Assembly: GCA_031284015.1 (NCBI GenBank)
Contig: JAITAS010000012.1
Span: forward strand, 1-32,471
From: Puniceicoccales bacterium
GTDB taxonomy: Bacteria > Verrucomicrobiota > Verrucomicrobiia > Opitutales > JAIRKQ01
Direction of reading: 5' to 3'
DNA: 32,471 bases
The notes beneath the pieces are model-generated. The model was not told the DNA's origin and did not search any database. It saw only the letters and a program-made list of their open reading frames with translations. The position numbers and the translations under genes were made by a program. Shown here piece after piece: positions 18,988 through 29,300 of the stretch (positions within the stretch are counted from its first letter, which is position 1; each line of letters opens with the position of its first letter).

Positions 18988-19148
18988 CTGCCAATTTAAA
19001 CGTAAAATTCTTTGCAAATTTTCATAAATTTACAACTTAAATTTTTATTCTTTTGGACTAAAGCTACGGCCACTTTCCTGAATGTTTTTGTGAGGCCGTA
19101 CTGAACCTTCTAAATCCCATCGATCCTATTTTTCCGATGAAGTTCAAT

Positions 19149-19850
19149 CTATTGTATGACAAAATAGATTCTAGAAACGTTTCCATTTTTCTTTTCTCGA
19201 ATCAATTCCTCGAATATGTTTTGAGAAAATGGTAAAAGATTCCCCTTGTCCCATCCACTGCCCCTATCGCTGCTATGCTTATATCTCCTAGTATATACCG
19301 GCTTGAGGTATGCATTTTTAGGCTTCTTAATGAAAAAATACTTGAAGGATAAAATTTTAAAATCATGGTCATAGGTCCTATCATTTACCTTTATGCTGCA
19401 CCAACTAATAGCCAGTGAATCCTTGGCTGTTGACGATCGCGAAGTAGAATTAATAGCCAGTGAATCCTTGGTTGTTGTTAATAATCGCGAAGTAGAATTA
19501 AATGATTGAAAATAAATCAACAATGGTAAATGGCTATCGTAGATTCCTAGTCTCATAAATTCTGGCATGTCGATAGCTTGCAAGTATACGTCACTTATTT
19601 TGATTATATCTTGTATCGCTCTGTTATTAAGATAGCCATTGCCTTTGGGCATAAAACGTTTGGATGCTATTTTTGTAAAGGTTTCATAGTAAATGATGCT
19701 TCGTTCCGTTTGTAATGCCTGTTCATCGGCAATTTTAAAAAATTTACCACTCATTACTAAAACACTCATGATTGATATCAAAAAAACGCACGCGATCGAC
19801 GCAGCTATAAGTATTTCAGCCAATGTGAATCCTTTTTGTGAAATTTTCAA
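19149..19850 (-). CDS. Prepilin-type N-terminal cleavage/methylation domain protein (pilin/pseudopilin-like)
   Basis: MKISQKG|FTLAEILIAASIACVFLISIMSVLV: class III signal with Gly-1, Phe+1, Glu+5 and a hydrophobic helix. TTG start. Confidence 0.8.
   Translation of the reverse strand: MKISQKGFTLAEILIAASIACVFLISIMSVLVMSGKFFKIADEQALQTERSIIYYETFTKIASKRFMPKGNGYLNNRAIQDIIKISDVYLQAIDMPEFMRLGIYDSHLPLLIYFQSFNSTSRLLTTTKDSLAINSTSRSSTAKDSLAISWCSIKVNDRTYDHDFKILSFKYFFIKKPKNAYLKPVYTRRYKHSSDRGSGWDKGNLLPFSQNIFEELIREKKNGNVSRIYFVIQ
19406..19498. repeat. Imperfect in-frame tandem duplication (45 bp + 48 bp) inside the prepilin-like gene
   Basis: TAATAGCCAGTGAATCCTTGG(C/T)TGTTG...ATCGCGAAGTAGAAT at 19406-19450 and 19451-19498, encoding NSTSRLLTTTKDSLAI / NSTSRSSTAKDSLAI. 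Confidence 0.9.
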
Positions 19851-20287
19851 AATATACGCGTAAATTAAATGTTTCTAATCTGAACGGCTGTTATGGACCC
19901 CAACAACGGACCCTAACATTCATCCTGCCACGAGTTTATGAACAAAGACAATCTTGTCAACTGAAAGTTAACAAATGTTGTCTTTAAAATAAACCCCTTG
20001 AATCTGATCAAAAGTAGCTGCCCATCTGGAGCATGTTGCATGCCAAATCAAAAAAGAATTTCGACGATTAAACCGATTTTTTAAAAGGATGAACAAGCCC
20101 TCATAAAGCAAAGCAAGTGGCGGCGAACGGGTCTATCACGGAGCAGAAATAGTACGATACTAGCCACTGAATCAACAAAAGAATATTTCTACCCTGTGCT
20201 ATGTTATATGCATCATATTGCTGTTTGCATTAATTTTTCTTTTATTTTTGTTTTTCACATTTGTAAAGGGTGTGTTGTGAAAAAAAA

Positions 20288-20330
20288 TTGACAACCACGG
20301 TACAAAATATACATTCCTTTGGGAGGAGGA
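20288..20330 (+). promoter_or_regulatory. Candidate sigma70 promoter and strong SD of the giant gene
   Basis: A-tract, TTGACA (20288-20293), 16-nt spacer, TACATT (20310-20315), then GGGAGGAGGA (20321-20330) before ATG 20335. Confidence 0.6.
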
Positions 20331-20334
20331 TATA

Positions 20335-23300
20335 ATGTCACAAACCGATTGGGATCCTATTAAAACAGCCTTTAAATTAACCGGTGTTACCGAAATCTCG
20401 GATATAAGCAGCATACGAATGGGCCAAGGGTATGCTGATTTGCACAAAACGGCAACCAAAATCCAACACACAATCCTAGAAGAACGCAAATGTTGGAGTG
20501 GAAGGTTAAAATTCGCTATTTTCCCGGAGAGGCTTTTGCTGTGGAGTTTACGTAAAAATTCTGGTATTGATAAGCTAATACGAGAATTCAAAAATGGGTT
20601 AATCACAATATATCACGCTTCTGAAGGTTCGGAAGTAAAACTTCAAATAGAAGCACTTTTCGGAAATATTGGAGAAGAGATTCCAACAATATGCCAAGAA
20701 CAAAGAGATGAAGCCATAGTGCCCCAGAATATTTCGTGTACAGGTCTTGAGTCTTTCAAGCACATGGAATCACTCTTACATGGAAGAAATGACGTAAGTA
20801 GTCCAACAATGAATGAGTCTGCTGGAAAATTTTTCTCAGCATTTGAAAAACTAGGCATCACTCAAATAGTTGGGATTAATTCTTTAACGGAAGAACATTT
20901 GACCAAATGTATTGATGATAATAAGCCAGTTGTAGTGTTAGAAGGGACAAATGCTTTGCTGATTAGAAAAAATGAAGATGGTGGAATAGAGATTACGAAA
21001 TTTACCACAGTATCCAAAGATTTGAACACTAACGGCGGTATCCAGATGGATTCCGGAGATTATGTTAATGCATTTCAATTGTTTAACCTTAAATATGAGC
21101 CTAGCGAATTCAATGAGATACATTTTGGTCTAAAAAGCATCAATGATGGAAAACCACCAGAAGCGATTCCCCAGGGGAAAATGTTTTTGATAAAATCTAG
21201 GGGAAAAAATCCAACGACCCCGCAATATGAATTGTTAAACCTCCTTCAATATGCCGCCAAGGGTGATTCAGCAAAAGAGAGAGAGGTTGCAAGGTTTGAA
21301 ATAAATGAATACATTGGTCATTTATCCAACGCTGCACATAAAATGAGAAGCGAAGGTGAGATCATGTCTGACCAGCATATGATTAATTTTAATGCTCTAT
21401 CACAAGATATACAGAAAAGAATTTTGCTCCTACAAGCATCCGGAAAGATTAGTGCAGAATTGGCGTCGGAATATTTATCACACATAGTTGGTATATCACC
21501 AACAAGAACCGAACCACAACCATCGGGTCCAACCCAACCGTCGCAAGGTGGAAGTTTTGACACACTCAAAATAAAAAATATATCATATTCTGCCGCTTCC
21601 AATGTGCAAACTTCACGGGGACACAATGTACAAACCAATGGCGACATTCTTTCATTCTTGCAGCAAGCCAACAAATCTCATACTGCTGGTCTCTCTGCTC
21701 CTTTGGTCATGGGATTCGCTACTGCAAAACGATTTGAAGATTTAGTAAAAAACCAAGATGAGACCTTTAAAGCTTTGGAAGGAAAAGACAGGGAAGATGC
21801 GGCGATCAATGTTGGTAATTTTTTCAGAATGGCCGCATTGTATATAGAATATGATAAAAGAAATGGAATTGCCATTCCAGGCAGCAAGCAACAATTTTAT
21901 GATAGTCTCATAGCATTAGGATTAAGGATTTATAAAGAATATGGACGGAAGCATAATTTTTTCGATGGAGAGGAGTATGGGAATGATCGTGTAAAGCATT
22001 ATGTTATTCGCAATCAAGATAGTAATGGAGTGACTCATGAGATTGAGATGTGTCGTGAAATACATGATGCCGTAAGAGACGACCAGATAACGAATGTTCA
22101 AAGCGCAATGGAAGCAGTAAGAAATATTAGCGACGTTTCGCTCAAGGAAACGGTTGCTACGTCCTTCTTTAGAGTACCAATTGATGGTGAGCATTATAAG
22201 CATGTAAATAGCACAACAAAAATTGGAGCGGCGGCCAATGGCTTTGCGTATATGCTTTTCAGTCTGACCGCAGACTCAAATGAAGGTACTGCTTTTTATA
22301 CGCAAGCTCGTATTGCTCCAAAGGTGATAAAAAACCTATCATTTGGAGAACAATTACAAAAAAATTACAAAAAAATTTGTGAATTTTTGAACAACAAATC
22401 CCAAGGAGAAGTGGCAAAATCACAAGAGTCAAAACGGTTCCTTTTTTTAGAACATTGCTGTTTACCCTCGAATCCTTCGAATGGAAACATTGTACAAAAG
22501 GCCGAAGCTATGCTTTCGTGGCTACAAACTTCAGGCAACACTAGCATCTTTGACGACCTTGAAGCGCAAAGAATATTTTGTAAATTGCTATGCGGAGACA
22601 TTAATAGCCCTCAAGCATTATCCATAGCTTTAAAAGATGGGGAAACCTGTAGACAATTTGAACGGATTGTAAATCAATTTTTTCAGCACTCTCTAAGCAA
22701 TTTTCCAAATCCAATTGAACAAGATGCAGACCTTCAAAAATATAAATTTTATGCATCCCTTTACATTCAGCTAAACAAAACAATAGAGGAGGCCAAAGGG
22801 AAAAAGCCCGATCTCGACACTTCTGTTTTTAACAAAAAAGTTAAATTAGATGGCACAAGCGATGAAATACAAATTTTTGCATGTGTTTTGTGTCAGAAAA
22901 TGATCTTAGGAGACACATTAACACCCGAAGAAATGCTAAGATGTACGGACCCAAAGATGATGATTTGGCCAGAAATGGCAGGAGCAAGCGATACGCTTCT
23001 CAATCGAGATCCCGAAGATTCCTCCGGAATAAAAAATATGTTCGATGGTCCTGTGTTAGATTCTTTGAGAGATTTCATAGTCAGGCAAAAAGATGATCTA
23101 AACAAAGATGGTTGTCATTGCATTGCTGATGCATATGCGAAACAACTAGGGTATGCAGGACCTTCGGTAACCATCGATTGCGTGAATAGATTGATAACAA
23201 TCAAGGATACAACAACTAATGCCAGTGTTACCATCGATTTGAATAATTTTGTGCGTTTGCGTGACGGAATATATCCGGAAGAACATGTGCAAACAAACGA

Positions 23301-26300
23301 CTCAGAACATCCAATATTAGCTTTGCTTGGTGTTAACGGCACCAATATACATCACAGGGTAAAAGTGAATGGAAATACTAGTGTCGTGGATGGAAAAATA
23401 GTTGTTGATAACAAAACCAACAGAGTAACAATGAATGGGAAGGTATTTGTTAGCCGTGTTCAAAATTCCAGCACCAGGCGGCTGCCAGCAGAACTGGTAA
23501 TGGAAAAAATGCTTGACCGTTTTTTACCATTTGTTGATGAAAATGACAAGACATGCCAAAAAGTCTACTTTTATGATAAAACGTCGCTAGATCAACCGGT
23601 ATTCGTGCTAGAAAATGGTACACTATATACTTCAACTAGTAATAAATATTATAAAGTGCCCACTCTTCTTACTGGCCATGTTTTTGCAGATCCTCTTTTA
23701 CAACACCTTAATTCTTCTGAAATGAGTAATGTTTTTGCGACAAAAGATGAGGGTGGTGCAATTTCTTCGTACGTAATTCCAGAACTACGCTACAACGACC
23801 AAATATTACAGTTTTCCCGAGGAAGTGATGGTCAATTACATTTGGTAAGCAATGAAAATTATATCCTATCAGAACCTCCAATACCCAACCCGTTGGAGGG
23901 AAATACGCTAAATTATGTTTGTTTGCGGTCAAAAGATAATCCAAGTGACTATAAATTCATTCTGATAAATGATAAACATCTTATTGACACTTCGTCACTC
24001 GATCAGGCGACAAAAAGTGAAATATCCGTCCTGGGGCAGGATGTTTTAGAAATTGGGTTTAATACTATCACTGGGTTTGATCTAGGTGCTGATCATCAGG
24101 CAACTGGAATAATATTAGCAGGAAGATTATTCGACATAGGGAAAAATGAATTGGCCCTAAATATTTTAAACAAGATAGATATGCGGACAGTGATCGCCCT
24201 AAAAAACAACACACTTTTACAAACTACTTTGCGCTCACTCATAACGAATAAAACAACTGGCGCACTTGATTTGAAACGAGATCAACCTTTGGAACGGAAT
24301 TTAGCAGCTTTCAAAATTCTAACACTGTTACTTGAGTCGGATCCCTACAATTTTCGCAATTTTTTATTGGCCAAAAATCCTGATGGTACTATTAATTTTG
24401 GTGACAGTTTTGATCTAGTGACTCAAGTGTGTTCTTTGTATCAGGCATTGGTTGATGCCAAAGAAAATTCAACGCAGCAAGTTAGTCTTTCCAAAGAAGC
24501 TGAGCTTGCTTTTACGGAAGAAATTATGGGTGCCATGGGCCAAGCTTTACAAGCGGCATCTGGGGTAGGCCGAGCTCTGCTGAGTATGATGCCCGAGTCA
24601 ACGCTTCTAGAAATGCCAGAATTTGGACTATTGAAATTATTTGAGCAGAGGCATAGGTCACTCGTGGAAGAACTTGGGGCTAAAACTAATGTTAGCTATA
24701 TTACTAAAGTTGCTAAAGACTCTAAAGATCATGTCGTAGTACACGTTAAGCCGGGAGGAAAACGGTCTTTCGAAAAAGCTAATACCTTTTCATCCGTATT
24801 GCCCATAAGAAATACGAAGATGTTGGCAACACTTAGAAAGGAAGCCCAAAATACGGCTCTATTGAAAACACCGACTAATATAGAACGAAGAAAAGCTCTC
24901 TTGCGAAAATGTTGTAGAAGTGATGATGAAATCAATAGCACTGACCAGCATGAGCTGTCTGACAGCCAGAAGAAAGCTTACATAGCATTTAGGAACGAGA
25001 TGAGATTTCCTACATCTCTGCCATCTGATGAAGTAATGCTAAACAGCATGCAGGAAGTGTTTGTTGCTGAAATAGAAGGTTTTATTAAAAGTCAATCTAT
25101 AGAGAGTAAACATGCACAAGCTTTAGATATAGAGAACTCTGCTAGACAAAGCATTGTAGGGGAAATAGGTGGAATATTGCGGCCCGTTAAAGCACAGCAA
25201 ATCGATGGCGGTTCAGCAACATCTCCAGATGGCATAGACAAGTGGAAAATTAGCACGTTGATGGACTTTGTTTCACAAGATGAAACAACAATCCAATCCA
25301 GTGCTTCCCTAGCTCCAAACGACAGAAAATTAATTTTAGAATTTAAAAGAAAATATTCAAGTGATATCAATAATTCGACTTTTGAAAAAGATCACCGATC
25401 AGAGTTGCTTGATTTGGCTAATGCAATCTCCGGTTCGGGAAAAACATTTTCATCGAATGATAGGCAGATAATTGCTCAATACAAAACTACAGCTGACAAA
25501 GAATTAGGCAGATACAACGAAGAAATGAACCTGGCAAGATCTCAAGACTTGAGGGCAAGAGCGGTTGGTGAACTGTATGAAATCAACGCTAACAGTTTTA
25601 CTGCTAAAAATGAAGAGAAAAGCACCATAGACACAACCATTGATAACTTAACAACACAAATTTCGGAAGCAAATAAGGAAGTAGAAGAAATAAGGAAGCA
25701 ATTGGATACAAAATTTTCTACCTGTTCCAAGACAATGGAAAGTTTGCGCAAAACAAAATTAGCCAAAATGCCAACACTGGATGACGCAAGAAAGGCCCTG
25801 GTTTGTGCCCCTTCTGACCCGGATGGTGACTGGTCCAAGTCGATAAAAGTTCTTCGGGATGTTAATCCGGAGTTTACGGATGCAGATTGTAAAGAGATTG
25901 TTGACCTTATCAAACAATTACTGCAAGCTTCCACGAGCATCAAATCCCTGGAACAGCTGAAAACTGCTATCGAAAATGTACATAATAAGGGACGAGCTGT
26001 CTTAGAAGCAAATCAAAATTTGCCAGGATACTATGACACAGACCTTAGCCAAGAGCAAAAAGATTTTCTGCTGGCAAAAGATCAATTGATTATTGCATAT
26101 GAAAGTGTAAGGACGTATGACCCAAAAACAGAGATGGAAGCATTAGCTTTTGAGGATATAGTAGGGTTTCGCGTAAGGGGAGCTCAGGCTAGCATTGTCA
26201 AAAATGTAATAGCTCAGCTGCAAACAAACGAGGCCAATAATGAGCAAACGGGTGTTACTTTCCAACTCATGATGGGCGGGGGCAAAACAAGCGTTGTTCT

Positions 26301-29300
26301 TTCCCAGCTGGCTCATGCTATAAGCACACAAGGTAAGATTCCACTATTTGTTTGCCACCCTTCGCAATATACCGCTATGCTAGGAAATTTAAGAATTTTT
26401 CAAGAAAGCAGGTATTCGCAGGAGGTTATTAGCATTGATGAAAGCAAATCGGATCTAGCAGATTCGAACAAGCTATCTGGAATATTAAGGAAGCTCAAAC
26501 GAGCTAAGAATGGAGGCGGGTGCCTAGTAATCCAAGCTCCAACCATTAGAGCTATCAAGTTGGAATTCATAAGGACAAGTCGATCGGCGATGGAAAAAAA
26601 TGATCCTGTGCTTATGGCACGGGCGAAACAGCTGGCAGAGATACTATCATACATGAAAGAAAATTGTACACAACTTTTGGATGAAGTAGACTTGAACCTA
26701 GACATATCAAAGTCGGTAAATTTCCCAGGTGGTAGCCGGAAAACACTTGCTAGTGATCAAATCGATGTCGTTGCTTCAATGTTAGGTATGATTACGGAAG
26801 ATACCGACTTGAGAGAGGCATTTGTTAATGACAAATTTGGGGTTGAAAAAAATGGGAAAAGGCCCGTTAACCAATTTAAGCAAAAAATCATCGACAACTG
26901 TTTTGACAAAATTCAACAATTGGATTCCGAGATTTCAAGAGATGATTTGGCAAAATTTATGCTCGGAAACCAAGAACCAAGCGAATCATTTAAAAAGTCT
27001 TGGGAAAAGATCAAAAGTTCCCATCAAAAGGAAGCAAGAGACATTGCGCTACAAAAGGGGATGCTATCTATTATAGATAGTGCAGCAAAAAAAGAGTATA
27101 ATCGGCATTATGGATTTAGAGGGGATGGTTCCGTCATTCCTTACCAAGGAGTAGGCACGCCATCTTCAGGAGAATTTGGTAATGTTTATGAGCAAGCATA
27201 TTACTTTTTTGCAGCCATTTTGCATGATGGAATTCAAGTATCTCAAATAACTTCACTGGTTGAAGGATATGTTAACGGATCATTGCCTAAATCACTAAAA
27301 AGCAGCTTTGAGTCGGTATGGAGGGAATGTGGGCTTGGAACACCCAGTGACCTCAAAAAGATGTCAGCTGTACAGCGTAATGCAATAATTAATAAGGCCG
27401 TTTCTCAGTTAAATGCTAAGAAAGGATTTAAAGAATTTATGCTACTTGCGAAGCAAATAGCCGCAACTGTGATAAAATATAATTCAGAAACACTTGAATG
27501 CAATGCGATATCAATGGTAGATATGGGCAAGACATCCGTGGGATGTACAGGAACTCCTTGGAATATGCAAACATATCATTCCGCATTTCAAGGGGAAAAT
27601 AAAGCCCTCTTAGAATTGGGGACGGAAGGCAGAATTATACAGAAATGGGAAAAAGATTTTCGAACGGGAGATTCAAAAATATTAACTTCGTCAAATACAA
27701 CCACAACCGTATCTGGTATGCTAGATTCTTATCGCGCAGCACATAAAGATGATTCTAGAGAGTTACACGCCATAATAGATGCGGGAGGGATTTTTAAGGA
27801 TAAAACAAACGACGAGGTTGCTGGAGATATACTAAAGTATTACCAAGATGATCTCAATGTGGGATTTGTAGTTTACCTTGGAAAAACAGTAACAGGAGAT
27901 GAGTCTTTCTTTGTAATGAAAAAGGAGGATCCCGATAATCCCATCCCAATCCCAGATACCAGCCCTGCAACGATAGAACGTGTTGTTGGAAAAGGTAACA
28001 TCGATAAAATTTTCGTATACTATGATGAATTAAGATGTACTGGATGCGACATACCTTTACCCAAAGATGCTAATGCCGTGTTAACCATAAACCCCAATAG
28101 TACTCCTATTCGAACGGCATTGCAGGGCGTTTTGCGTGCAAGGAAATTTTTGGATTCTCAACAAGTAGATATTTGTATTCCACAAGCTTTAGTACCCGAA
28201 GGCGTAGATCTAAACAATCAAACGGAAGCCATGACAAAAATATGTTCCTATTGCATAGAAAATCAATCGGTGATATTAGCACAACAAATGTACAAGTCAT
28301 ATAGAGCTCAAACAGCTAATTGCTTGAATAGCATACTCTTCGAGAGATTACATGCCAATGTTAGTCAACATTCTGGTAAGAGAATCTCAAAGGAAGAACG
28401 GAAAATATTGGACCTATGTGAGAAATTTTTATATTCTCAGTTCGAAGCAGATCCTTTGAAATTGTTTGGCGAAATTACTTCCGAGCAAGATGCATATAGA
28501 GCCTTGGAAGGATATTACAATAGTCTCTTCAGAGAAATTAAAAAATCAGATAAAGAGCTAGCACAAGAATTTCAGGCACGGGCCGAAAAAATACTAAATA
28601 AAGCTAAAGACGCTTTAAAGTTTACAGTTCAAGGAGGTACAATTGACGCCGGAACAGAAGTAGAGCAGGAACAGGAGCAAGAGCAGGAGCAGGAGCAAGA
28701 ACAGGAGCAGGTCACCGACGACAGTAAAAATATTAGGCAAGAACAGACTTGGGCCGTTTTTAACGCAGCATCCCAAGAGGATAGTCCTAATGCCAATAAT
28801 CCTTCTACTGTTTCTGAAGGAGAAGCTCCTCTTTCCAGTACGGATGCAATGCAACAAACTACTGAACCCGCCAATCTGCCATTGAGCGAGAAAGCAAAAA
28901 TGTTGTTTGAAGACTTAAAAAGCAATACAGGTCTAAGTGAACTGATGCTTCAAGATCGAGAAGTCCTAATAAGTTCAATGGATCAAAGGTTACGACAATC
29001 GGCAGAACGCAACAACATCTCTGACAGAGAATTGCTTGTGATATTGAGAACAGCAAACAATAATCCGGATAGCCATACGCTTCCGCTTATTGCGAATCAA
29101 TTATCCATTAAAGATCAATTACTTGACCGTGTCAAGGATAGAATACTGAAAGCGGCTCCTTCCTTTGACTCTTTGATTTCTCAAGGAGGTACAAATATTC
29201 CTGAAATATTACCTGCCAATAATTGCGCTACTTTTCGGCGGGGAAGTGGAAATATTTTTGACAGCAATGTACAAATGACAACTAATCTTGCGCAAAATAT

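Noticed and set aside
19066-19100. TACGGCC...GGCCGTA inverted repeat between the pilin-like and hydrolase genes
   Set aside because: 7-bp stem with a 21-nt loop and no clear U-tract; too weak to call a terminator or RNA.
19406-19498. Possible CRISPR-like repeat
   Set aside because: Only two adjacent copies, no spacers, in frame within a CDS, and no cas genes.
20010-20106. Short frame VAAHLEHVACQIKKEFRRLNRFFKRMNKPS resembling a transposase tail
   Set aside because: Too short, with no start, catalytic motif or terminal repeats.
20199-20606. 135-aa minus-strand ORF
   Set aside because: Overlaps the promoter and 5' end of the giant gene in antisense.
28615-28925. Poly-Leu and (CS)n ORFs
   Set aside because: Antisense readings of the (EQ)8 coding repeat.
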